DNA of 64,000 bases from Gaiellaceae bacterium (GCA_036522595.1 DATDFL010000288.1:10414-74413); one strand, 5' to 3'. Shown: positions 9,366 to 17,715, numbered from the stretch's first letter. Notes: generated by a model not told the origin, from the letters alone. Program-made: numbers and translations.

Positions 9366-12300
9366 GTGGCTCAAGCTGCGGCCGGCGCGGGCTTCAGGAA
9401 GGTGTGCCTGCGCCTTCTTCAATTGACGGTGGCGGGGCTTCTCGCCGTGGGCATCCTCGCCGGCGCGAGCGTCGGCGCTGACGGTTTTGACACGCAGAAC
9501 CAGAACTTCACCGTCAACCTCGGCCTCGGCAGCTCGAAGACGGTTCATCCGACGCTGCATCTCGACGCGCTCCCGCCCAGCGCTGACGTCCTGATTGCGC
9601 TCGACACGACGGGCAGCATGGGCGGCGCGATCACAGACGCGCGCACGGATGCGAACAGCATCGTCAACGACATCCAGGCGCAGATCCCGCACGCGCACTT
9701 CGCGGTGGCGGACTTCAAGGACTACCCCCAAGTCCCGTTCCAGGGGGTTTTCGGGATCGCCGGCGACTACCCCTGGCGCGTCGACCAGGACTTCACGGAG
9801 AACACGACCACTGCCCAGTGCGGCGACGGCACGGCGACCCCGATCGCGTGTGCGCTCAACGGTCTGACCGCTCCCTCGGGCAGCGGCGGTGACGGGCCGG
9901 AGGCCTACAACCGCGCTTTCTTCGAGGCGTACCACGACACCGGGCTGCATTGGACGCCAGGGGCGTCTCGCTTCATGGTCGTGCTCGGCGACGCACTGCC
10001 ACACGACGCCAACCTGGCCACTGACTTCCCCGACTGTCCGAACACCGCGCCGACCGATCCCGGGCCCGACGGCGTTCCCGGGAATGCGGACGACCTGCGC
10101 TCGGCGCCCACGCTGGCACAGCTCCGCGGAAACAACACGAATCTCTCGTTCGTCACTTACAACCAGCCGGCAGGCAGCCAGATCGCCAACTGCCACACGG
10201 CGCTCGCCCAGTTCACGGGTGGGACCGAGGTCGTCCACGGCAATGCCGACTCGTTGCGCAGCCAGATCGTCGCCCTGATCCAGGCCGCGGCAAAGCACGT
10301 CGACAAGCTCGACTTCAACATCACCGGGACGCTCTCGGATCACGAGACGCCGATCCAGAACGCGGCTTCCTGGTTCACCTTCGACCCACCGCTGCCGTAC
10401 GGACCGATCACGGCGCCCGCGGACATCAGCTTCGACGAAACGATCAAGGTGCCGGACGGCACACCGGCCGGTACGTACTACTTCCGGCTCGGCGCCGTGG
10501 CGGACGGCTCCGAGCGCGCCGTCCAGACGGTCACCGTCAACGTCACGAACACCGCGGTCAGCTCGGTGACGATGACCTCGGACGAGTCGACGGTTCCCGC
10601 AGGAATCAAGCAGGCGCCGTTCTCGTCGATCCCGTCATCGCGGCTTGCCTCCCTGACCCACGATCCGAACTCCGCGCCTGCCGGCTCCACGGCCCAGGGC
10701 TCGATCGCGCAGGGCTCGATCGCGCAAGGCTCCATCGCGACGGGCTCGATCGCGGTCGGCTCGATCGCGCAAGGGTCGATCGCGGTGGGCTCGATCGCCA
10801 CCGGCTCGATCGGGCTCGGCTCGACGGCGCAGGGCTCGATCGCGCAGGGCTCGATCCCGGGTGGAGCTGCCGTGCTGAGCGACGTCCTGCTCTCGCAGAT
10901 CCCGCTGTCCGGCGCGACGTGGGCGGACATCCTCAAGAACACGCCGTTCGCCAACCAGCCGCTTCAGGCTGTGTCGCTCGCCGACATCGCGACCTACAGC
11001 GTCCGCGACACGAGCACCGACAACAAGACTCCGTGGGAACGGCTGATGGCGCTGCCGCTCCGGCAGATGCCGCTGTTCACGACGCTGTGGCGCAACATCC
11101 CGCTCGGCGCGGTGTTGCTCGGCAACGCGCCGCTCTCATCGCTGCCGACGCCGCTGAAGCCCGACGGCACGGGGCGCTACCTTACCTGGGCCGACGCGCT
11201 GACGGCCAACGGCGGCAGCGCCACGGGTCTGAACCCTGCGACGAACACGGTCTTCGGCGTCGCCGTCGCCGGGCAGCTCGGCACGACGGCCGTCGGCTCG
11301 ATTGCTGTCGGCTCGATTGCCCAGGGATCGATCGCCCAGGGCTCGATCCGGGCCGACTCCACGGCCACCGGCTCGATCGCGGTCGGGTCGATCGACCTGC
11401 GGCTGACGAACCTCGCCTCGGTGCCGCTCGACCACGTGAGCCCGCTGGCGAGCATCGTCAACTGCACCGCGCTCGGCACGTGCACGGGCAAGACGCTGGG
11501 CGACGCGTCCGGGGCGAACGCGTTCCAGCCAGGTGTGACGCTGATCCAGCTGCTGAACGCGCTGCAGGCGCCATACGACACGAGGTTCATCTCGATCGAC
11601 GACCTCGCGCGGGCCATGCTCCCGCTGTCGGACTACCCGTGGGAGCAGATCCTGGTGCAGGGCCTCCAGGACGTCGCCGGCACCGGGCAGAACGTCCACT
11701 ACCACGTCGACTTCGACCTGGTCTGCTCCGTCGCGACGAGCTTCGGCGTCCACGTGAGCCTGCCGGCGGGCTTCTTCCCGGTCGCGGGAACGTCGACGTA
11801 TTCGTACGCCGGCGGCGCACCGGTCGCGGCGGCCAACCCGACCGGCCCGCCGAGCGACCCGGTCTGGACGATGGCGGGCGCGGGCCCGTGCGCGGGAGCC
11901 GGAGGCATCACTCAGCACGTCCGCCTCAACTTCCAGTCCTACGCGGGCCTCACCCTGGGCAGCCAGACCTCGAACGTCCAGGTCACCGTGAACGACGGCA
12001 GCTACGCGGCGAACGGCCAGGCCCCCGTGCTCGTGACGCAGAACTGGGAGCCGAACGACTCGCGCGACAGCGCGCCGACGATCGACAAGAACACGCTGAT
12101 CGTCGGGCACATCGCGACCTCGAGCGACACCGATTTCTTCCGCTTCCCGCTCGGGAACCTGGCGCCGAACACGAAGGTCGCCGTCTACCTCAAGGTTCCC
12201 GGCGACGGGACCGACCTCGACCTGGTGGTCAACAAGCCCGCACCGGCGGGCGTGCAGTCGAGCGCCCAGGGCTCGATCGCGCAGGGAAGCATTCCCATCG

Positions 12301-15300
12301 AGGACGTCGCGCCCGGCGTCGACAACTCGACCGGCGCGCTCCAGCCCGACGCGTCATCCGACCTCGCGGCCGGCTCGATCGCGCAAGGCTCGATCGCGCA
12401 GGGCTCGATCGCACAGGGAAGCATCTCGGCCAACCGCGGCTCCGTGAACGAAGTCGCGCAGATCGTCACGCATGGCGAGACCGGCGATGCCACGATCGGC
12501 GTCAGCGGCTACAACGGCGCGTTCAGCAACCAGCAGTACGTGCTGCGCGTCAAGGTCACGCCGCCGCCGGGGCTGCCGCCGTGCGATCCGATCACCGGCC
12601 TGAACACCGCGGCGGCCGGGACGCTGCCGGCGGTGACGTCGCTGCCGACGACCACGAAGGCGCTCTTCCTCGTCAATCGCCAGCGGCTGGCCGGCCTCTA
12701 CGGGGCGACGCGCACCGATGCGCTGATCAACTCCGACCCGTCGTCGCCGCTCAACGCGGTGGCGGCCTCGGTCGGGGGAGCAGTCCTGCCCGTCGACGGG
12801 AACGTGAACGTGCACAACGCCTACGTCACCTGGGACTCGAACCCGTGCAACGTCGAGTCTGCGAACGCAGTCGTCCGGTCGATCAACGACCTCGTCGCGA
12901 CCTACCGCACGCGGCTTCCGAACCTGAAGTACGTCGTCCTGCTCGGCACCGACACCGCCGTGCCGTCGTGGCGCCAGTTCGACCTCTCCAACGACTCGCC
13001 CGAGGTCGACGAGGCGAACGACCTCGCGTTCACGACGCGCAACTCCGCGGGGCAGCTCCTCACGAAGGGCAACGCCCTCTACGCGGCGGCCGCGCAGAAC
13101 ACGATCCTCACCGACGGCGCCTACGGTGCCTTCACCCAGCGCAACTGGCTCGGGCACGCGATCCCGCTTCCCGAGATCAGCGTCTCGCGCCTCGTCGAGA
13201 CGCCGGAGGACATCCTCGGACAGCTGAACCAGTACCTCGATCCGAGCGTGAACGGCCGGCTCGACCTGCATTCCGCGGTCACGACCGGCGACTCGTTCTT
13301 CGCGGACGGCGCGCAGGCCGCGGCGAACTCGCTCCTGACGCAGCTGGCGCCGCTGAACCAGACGACGCTGCTCCCGTCGATCTCGAGCTGGACGAAGCAG
13401 GACCTGCTCAACGACTACTTCAGCCTCAATCCGGTGCCCGACGTCGGTGCGCTCTGGGCGCACTACTCACACTGGCTCTCGCAGCCGGCAGGCGTTCCGG
13501 CCACGCCGACGCTCGCGGATCTCGTCTCTACCGGCGATGCGAACGCGACGCGCCGGAACGGGCAGCTCCTCTTCACCGTCGGCTGCCACAGCGGCCTCAA
13601 CGTGCCCGACCAGATCGCGTCGCTCGAGAACGGCGTGGTGTCGTCGGACGACCAGAAGCGGCTGCTCGACTGGGCGCAGGCCTACATGAGCTCGAAGACG
13701 GCGGTCTACGTCGCGAACACCGGCTATGGCTACGGCGACACGACCACGATCGACCTCTCCGAGCGGCTGATGGACCACTTCGCAGCCAACATCAACTCGG
13801 GTGGCACCATCGGCGAGCAGTGGGTGCGCGCGCTGCACCAGTACTACTCGGAGCCGGGGAACTACGACGTCCTCGACGAGAAGGTTATGGTCGAGGCGAA
13901 CATGTACGGACTGCCGTTCTACGGCTTCACGGGGAGCCCCGTGAACGTCCCGCAGGCGCCGACCCCGCCGGCAACCGTGGCCGACGGCAACTTCAGCACG
14001 GCGCATCTCGATGCGATCACCGCGAACGTCCAGCCGCAGAACCTGACCGACGGTTCCGGCCGCTCGCTGTTCGTGAACCAGGGCCATCCCGACGGCTCGA
14101 CGTTCCTCCAGGGCGGCGTGCCGCTGACGATGGGAACGCTCTCGGTCTTCTACCGGCCGGCGCAGCCCGAGATCTCGCGTGACGTCACCGTGCCGGGCAC
14201 GACCGCGAAGGGCGTGTGGATCCGCGCCCTGACGACGCACACGGTCAATGACGTGAAGCCCGTCAAGCCGTACCCGCTCGTGCGCTCGGGCGCGGACGCG
14301 CCGGCGAAGGACTACCCGAACATCTTCTTCCCGGCCACGATCGCGACCGTCAACCGTGACGCCTCCTTCGGCGCGGAGCACGACAACGTCGTCGTCAACC
14401 TCGGTCGGTTCTTCCCGAACGACACAGGGGACCACGGCAAGGAGCAGGTCGTCGACTCGGTCGGCCTCGACGTCGGCTACTCGAACTCGACCGACTGGAC
14501 CGCTCCCCAGATCACGCAGACCGGCGCAGTGGAGACCAGCGCCGGGCACTTCACCGCGTTCGTTCGCGTGACCGATGCTTCGGGCCTCCGCCGCGTGTCC
14601 GTGCTCTACAACGACGGGAACCCAGTCTGGACCGTCGTCCCGCTGACGCAGGCGGGCGGCGACCTCTGGACGGCTTCGTTCACGGCGACGAGCCCGATCG
14701 TCGTGGATTCCGAGGCGCAGGACAACGCCGGGATGGTCGGCTACAGCTTCAACAAGGCCGTCAACTTCCAGTCGGCCGTGGAGCAGGCCGGCTCGGCGCC
14801 GTCGATCCTGATCACGAACCCGCTTCCGGTTCCGTCCGGCACGTTCACCCTGAACCAGCAGGTGCCCACGAACTTCGTGTGCTCGTCGGCGCTCGGCGTG
14901 AGCAGCTGCTCGGGCGCGACCGACGGCGGCGCCTCCGTGCAGAGCGGCGGCCTGCTCGACACGAGTCGGCCCGGCACGCACACGTTCACGGTCACGGGCA
15001 CCGATCTCGCGGGCCATTCGGCGACGAAGAGCGTCAGCTACGTCGTCAACTTCGTCTTCGTCGGCTTCCAGCCGCCGGTCGATGCGCCGCCGATCCTCAA
15101 CACCGTCAATGCCGGTAGCACGGTGCCGATCAAGTGGACGCTCGCGAATGCCGCCGGCACGTTGTACGCCAACCTGGACGCCGTCCAGTCGCTATCGTCG
15201 AGGCAGATCCGGTGCCCAAGCGAGAACACCGACCCGGCGGGCCAGGACGTGCCCATCGGGACGACCGACTTCCTGAAGATCACCAACGGGACGGTCTTCC

Positions 15301-15404
15301 AGTTCAACTGGAAGACGAGCACCGCCTTCCGGAACACCTGCCGCCGGTTCTACATCCACCTGTCCGACGGCTCGACGCCGTACACCGACTTCAAGTTCAG
15401 GTAG
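9366..15404 (+). CDS. giant secreted multidomain protein: VWA, GSIAx pentapeptide arrays, PPC domain, clan-CD (gingipain/caspase-like) peptidase-like region, Ig-like and PxKF-like C-terminus
   Basis: GTG start behind GGAGAGAGG, with signal peptide LLAVGILAGASVGA. The VWA MIDAS-like motif is LIALDTTGSMGG. The PPC-like motif is WEPNDSRDSAPTI..GHI..SSDTDFFRF. The peptidase-like region has KYVVLLGTDTAVPSW, TDGAYG, ISVSRL, AHYSHW and FTVGCHSG. The C-terminus has VGFQPPVD..VNAGSTVPIKWTL. Confidence 0.85.
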   Translation: MAQAAAGAGFRKVCLRLLQLTVAGLLAVGILAGASVGADGFDTQNQNFTVNLGLGSSKTVHPTLHLDALPPSADVLIALDTTGSMGGAITDARTDANSIVNDIQAQIPHAHFAVADFKDYPQVPFQGVFGIAGDYPWRVDQDFTENTTTAQCGDGTATPIACALNGLTAPSGSGGDGPEAYNRAFFEAYHDTGLHWTPGASRFMVVLGDALPHDANLATDFPDCPNTAPTDPGPDGVPGNADDLRSAPTLAQLRGNNTNLSFVTYNQPAGSQIANCHTALAQFTGGTEVVHGNADSLRSQIVALIQAAAKHVDKLDFNITGTLSDHETPIQNAASWFTFDPPLPYGPITAPADISFDETIKVPDGTPAGTYYFRLGAVADGSERAVQTVTVNVTNTAVSSVTMTSDESTVPAGIKQAPFSSIPSSRLASLTHDPNSAPAGSTAQGSIAQGSIAQGSIATGSIAVGSIAQGSIAVGSIATGSIGLGSTAQGSIAQGSIPGGAAVLSDVLLSQIPLSGATWADILKNTPFANQPLQAVSLADIATYSVRDTSTDNKTPWERLMALPLRQMPLFTTLWRNIPLGAVLLGNAPLSSLPTPLKPDGTGRYLTWADALTANGGSATGLNPATNTVFGVAVAGQLGTTAVGSIAVGSIAQGSIAQGSIRADSTATGSIAVGSIDLRLTNLASVPLDHVSPLASIVNCTALGTCTGKTLGDASGANAFQPGVTLIQLLNALQAPYDTRFISIDDLARAMLPLSDYPWEQILVQGLQDVAGTGQNVHYHVDFDLVCSVATSFGVHVSLPAGFFPVAGTSTYSYAGGAPVAAANPTGPPSDPVWTMAGAGPCAGAGGITQHVRLNFQSYAGLTLGSQTSNVQVTVNDGSYAANGQAPVLVTQNWEPNDSRDSAPTIDKNTLIVGHIATSSDTDFFRFPLGNLAPNTKVAVYLKVPGDGTDLDLVVNKPAPAGVQSSAQGSIAQGSIPIEDVAPGVDNSTGALQPDASSDLAAGSIAQGSIAQGSIAQGSISANRGSVNEVAQIVTHGETGDATIGVSGYNGAFSNQQYVLRVKVTPPPGLPPCDPITGLNTAAAGTLPAVTSLPTTTKALFLVNRQRLAGLYGATRTDALINSDPSSPLNAVAASVGGAVLPVDGNVNVHNAYVTWDSNPCNVESANAVVRSINDLVATYRTRLPNLKYVVLLGTDTAVPSWRQFDLSNDSPEVDEANDLAFTTRNSAGQLLTKGNALYAAAAQNTILTDGAYGAFTQRNWLGHAIPLPEISVSRLVETPEDILGQLNQYLDPSVNGRLDLHSAVTTGDSFFADGAQAAANSLLTQLAPLNQTTLLPSISSWTKQDLLNDYFSLNPVPDVGALWAHYSHWLSQPAGVPATPTLADLVSTGDANATRRNGQLLFTVGCHSGLNVPDQIASLENGVVSSDDQKRLLDWAQAYMSSKTAVYVANTGYGYGDTTTIDLSERLMDHFAANINSGGTIGEQWVRALHQYYSEPGNYDVLDEKVMVEANMYGLPFYGFTGSPVNVPQAPTPPATVADGNFSTAHLDAITANVQPQNLTDGSGRSLFVNQGHPDGSTFLQGGVPLTMGTLSVFYRPAQPEISRDVTVPGTTAKGVWIRALTTHTVNDVKPVKPYPLVRSGADAPAKDYPNIFFPATIATVNRDASFGAEHDNVVVNLGRFFPNDTGDHGKEQVVDSVGLDVGYSNSTDWTAPQITQTGAVETSAGHFTAFVRVTDASGLRRVSVLYNDGNPVWTVVPLTQAGGDLWTASFTATSPIVVDSEAQDNAGMVGYSFNKAVNFQSAVEQAGSAPSILITNPLPVPSGTFTLNQQVPTNFVCSSALGVSSCSGATDGGASVQSGGLLDTSRPGTHTFTVTGTDLAGHSATKSVSYVVNFVFVGFQPPVDAPPILNTVNAGSTVPIKWTLANAAGTLYANLDAVQSLSSRQIRCPSENTDPAGQDVPIGTTDFLKITNGTVFQFNWKTSTAFRNTCRRFYIHLSDGSTPYTDFKFR
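10683..10862 (+). repeat. in-frame 15-bp tandem repeat, 12 units (GSTAQ GSIAQ GSIAQ GSIAT GSIAV GSIAQ GSIAV GSIAT GSIGL GSTAQ GSIAQ GSIPG)
   Basis: GGCTCGATCGCGCAG-type 15-mers lie head to tail, read directly from the sequence. Confidence 0.95.
11280..11399 (+). repeat. in-frame 15-bp tandem repeat, 8 units (GTTAV GSIAV GSIAQ GSIAQ GSIRA DSTAT GSIAV GSIDL)
   Basis: Same 15-nt period and the same GSIAx unit as the array at 10683. Confidence 0.9.
12255..12299 (+). repeat. in-frame 15-bp tandem repeat, 3 units (QSSAQ GSIAQ GSIPI)
   Basis: Same unit. It ends in GSIP like array 1. Confidence 0.8.
12372..12431 (+). repeat. in-frame 15-bp tandem repeat, 4 units (GSIAQ GSIAQ GSIAQ GSISA)
   Basis: Same unit, with three nearly identical DNA copies in a row. 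Confidence 0.9.
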
Positions 15405-16600
15405 CCGCAGCGCGGCGGGCGCTTCCCCGCAACGTCCGCGCGCTCAGCTGGGTCTCGTTCGCGAACGACGCCGCGAGCGAGCTCGCCTATCCGATCGTGC
15501 CGCTCTTCCTGACGGTGACGCTCGGGGCGCCGGTCGCCGCGGTCGGGCTGATCGAGGGGATCGCTGAGGGAATCGCCGTCGGCCTGCGCGGGGCGGCGGG
15601 CTGGCTTTCCGACCGCTGGGGCGAGCGGCGGTTGCCGTGGGTCGGTGGGGGCTACGGCGGCTCGGCCTTGGGGCGAATCGTCGTCGCGGCGGCTCCGCAC
15701 TGGGGCTGGGTGCTCGGCGGCCGGGTCGTCGACCGCCTCGGGAAGGGCGCCCGGACAGCTCCTCGCGACGCGCTGATCCGCGACTCGACCCCGCCGCCGC
15801 TCCTCGGAGCGGCGTTCGGCTACCACCGCGCGCTCGACACGGCCGGCGCGGTCGTCGGGCCGTTGATCGCGGTGGCGCTGCTGGCGGCCGGGCTGTCGTT
15901 CCGCAACGTGCTCTGGATCGCGATCGTCCCGGGGTTCCTTGCCTTGCTTCTGCTCCGGGCCGTCCGGGAGGCGCCGAGAGCCGCGGCGGAGCCAGTCGTC
16001 GCGACCGGCGGGGGGTCGCTGCCGCGCGCATTCTGGCCGGTGCTCGCGATCTGGGTCGTCTTCTCGCTCGGGAACTCGAGCGACGTCTTCCTGCTCCTGC
16101 GCGCGAAGGAGCTCGGCCTGGGCACGACGATGGTCGTACTCGCCTACGCGGCCTACAACGTCGTCTACTCCGGTCTCTCGTGGCCGCTGGGAGCGCTCTC
16201 CGACCGCTACCGGCGCGAGCTCCTGCTCGGTGGCGGGCTGCTCGTCTTCGGGCTCGTCTACCTCGGCTTCGCGGTCGCTCCGGGAAGCTGGGCGGTCTGG
16301 CCGCTGTTCGCCGTGTACGGGGCGTACATCGCGGCGACGGACGGTGTCGCCCGCGCCTGGGTCGCCGACCAGGTTCCAGGCCGCGCGATCGGTACTGCGT
16401 ACGGCGTGTTCTCGGCGGCTACGGGCGGTGCGCTCCTGCTGGCGAGCATCGCCGCGGGCCTGCTCTGGTCGCACGTCTCGCCCGCGGCGCCGTTCGTGCT
16501 CGGCGCGGCCGGGGCGGGGCTTGCGCTCGTGCTGCTCCTGCTCAGCTCGACCAAGACGGCGCGAGCGACCACGTCTCGAGATGCTCCACCGCCTGCGTGA
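15134..16600 (+). CDS. MFS transporter (start codon unresolved)
   Basis: The conserved MFS N-terminus (NVRALSWVSFANDAASELAYPIVPLFL) begins near 15431, and about 12 hydrophobic segments follow. No ATG/GTG/TTG lies in frame between the upstream stop (15404) and that point. The only canonical starts are ATG 15134 and GTG 15212, both inside the upstream gene. Confidence 0.75.
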   Translation: MDARECRRHVVRQPGRRPVAIVEADPVPKREHRPGGPGRAHRDDRLPEDHQRDGLPVQLEDEHRLPEHLPPVLHPPVRRLDAVHRLQVQVAAARRALPRNVRALSWVSFANDAASELAYPIVPLFLTVTLGAPVAAVGLIEGIAEGIAVGLRGAAGWLSDRWGERRLPWVGGGYGGSALGRIVVAAAPHWGWVLGGRVVDRLGKGARTAPRDALIRDSTPPPLLGAAFGYHRALDTAGAVVGPLIAVALLAAGLSFRNVLWIAIVPGFLALLLLRAVREAPRAAAEPVVATGGGSLPRAFWPVLAIWVVFSLGNSSDVFLLLRAKELGLGTTMVVLAYAAYNVVYSGLSWPLGALSDRYRRELLLGGGLLVFGLVYLGFAVAPGSWAVWPLFAVYGAYIAATDGVARAWVADQVPGRAIGTAYGVFSAATGGALLLASIAAGLLWSHVSPAAPFVLGAAGAGLALVLLLLSSTKTARATTSRDAPPPA

Positions 16601-17156
16601 GCTCCGCCGCCGAGAGGGGGAACGCCTCCGCGTAGGGCACCTGCTCCATCGCGGGCTTCGGAGATCCCCCTGCCGCCGCGTTCAGCGCGTAACGAATCGG
16701 CAGGCTGTGCGCGACCACGAGGATCGTCTGCTCGGGGCGTTCGAGAATCTTGTGGATGGCCGTGATGAAACGCCTGACGCTGTCGGCCCGGCTCTCGCCG
16801 CCGGGCACGACGTCCTCGGGCCCGTGCGCGCGCGCCCACGCCCGATAGTCCGCGAGGAGGCGGCCTTCGAACTCGCCGAAGCGGATGTCGTTCAGCTCCG
16901 GGAGGACTATTCGCGGGACGTCTCGGCCCTCGAGCGCCAGGTCCGCGGTCTCCTGCGTGCGCTGGAACTCGCTGACGGCGCAGAGGTCGATCTCGGTCTC
17001 GCCGAGGCTCCGCCCCAGGAGGCGCGCCTGCCCGCGGCCGCGCTCCGTGAGGGCCACCTCGAGCTCCGGGTCGCCGTTGGTCAACCCGCGGACAGAGAAC
17101 TCGCTCTCCGCATGCCGTGCCAGCAGTACGCGCTCCACGGGCGGCATTCTGTCCAT
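16542..17156 (-). CDS. histidine phosphatase (phosphoglycerate-mutase superfamily) protein
   Basis: N-terminal VLLARHAESE (RHG-type motif) and a later VAHSLPIRY motif. Its 3' end overlaps the convergent MFS gene by 59 nt. Confidence 0.8.
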   Translation of the reverse strand: MDRMPPVERVLLARHAESEFSVRGLTNGDPELEVALTERGRGQARLLGRSLGETEIDLCAVSEFQRTQETADLALEGRDVPRIVLPELNDIRFGEFEGRLLADYRAWARAHGPEDVVPGGESRADSVRRFITAIHKILERPEQTILVVAHSLPIRYALNAAAGGSPKPAMEQVPYAEAFPLSAAELTQAVEHLETWSLAPSWSS

Positions 17157-17295
17157 GGCGATTCCCCCGGGCGGGTGATAGCCGTTGTTGACTCGGCGCC
17201 GAGAATGTCAACTACAGACAACGCGGGGCCGATCCGAAGTGCCTGCCGCAGGGTCTCGGAACTGCTCGCCGCTGGGTCACCGCGTACTTAACTGA

Positions 17296-17329
17296 ACGGC
17301 CTCCCGCAAGGGAGGTCGTTCTTCGTTTC
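17296..17329 (+). terminator. intrinsic-terminator-like hairpin (10-bp stem, GCAA loop, T-rich tail)
   Basis: ACGGCCTCCC-GCAA-GGGAGGTCGT is followed by TCTTCGTTTC. The T-tract is on the + strand only. Confidence 0.55.
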
Positions 17330-17348
17330 GGGCTACAGTGAGTCGACT

Positions 17349-17419
17349 GCGGGCGTAGCTCAATGGTAGAGCCCTAGCCTTCCAAGCTAGTTATGCGGGT
17401 TCGATTCCCGCCGCCCGCT
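17349..17419 (+). tRNA. tRNA-Gly (anticodon TCC)
   Basis: Acceptor GCGGGCG/CGCCCGC, anticodon stem CTAGC/GCTAG with loop CTTCCAA, T arm GCGGG TTCGATT CCCGC, discriminator T. A TACAGT -10-like box lies 10 nt upstream. Confidence 0.93.
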
Positions 17420-17421
17420 CT

Positions 17422-17715
17422 TCAGCGCGGCTGGTCGGCGAGGGGCTCGAGCGCGGCCGCCGTCGGCTGGAGGTCGCCCGACTCGAGGCCGGCGACGATT
17501 TCCCGCGCGAGCTGGAGCGCCTGGCTTTCCTGGTCGGCGCTGAGAACGGTGTTCACCGCGGCCAGGTGCTGCCCGTCGGCGAACAACTCCACGTCGACGG
17601 TGTCCAGTTCGCGGCGCGGGATGTACGAGTCCTCCGGAATGCCGACGCGCACGTGCACCTCCCGCCCGTCGGGGAGCGACGCTGTCTTCTCGATCGGCCG
17701 CCCTCGCAGGCTCAC
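17422..17715 (-). CDS. hypothetical protein (97 aa)
   Basis: Clean ORF with non-Arg-biased composition (MSLRGRPIEKTASLPDGREVHVRVGIPEDSYIP...). I recognise no family. Its stop abuts tRNA-Gly. Confidence 0.5.
   Translation of the reverse strand: MSLRGRPIEKTASLPDGREVHVRVGIPEDSYIPRRELDTVDVELFADGQHLAAVNTVLSADQESQALQLAREIVAGLESGDLQPTAAALEPLADQPR

Noticed and set aside
10683-12431. Possibility that the 15-bp repeat arrays are a CRISPR array or other non-coding satellite
   Set aside because: The units are contiguous with no spacers, have a period of 15 nt (a multiple of 3), stay in frame within a long ORF, and vary mainly at the fifth codon. This is a coding peptide repeat.
10919-15017. 1087-aa plus-strand and 516-aa minus-strand ORFs inside the giant VWA gene
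   Set aside because: Same GC-driven artefact (poly-R/P/G composition). The 9366-15404 frame has a signal peptide, domains and the in-frame repeats.
17187-17212. The nested palindrome as the promoter of the divergent histidine-phosphatase gene
   Set aside because: On the minus strand TTGACA is present, but no TAnnnT hexamer lies 16 to 19 nt downstream, so promoter assignment on either strand is unsupported. It is reported only as a structured element.
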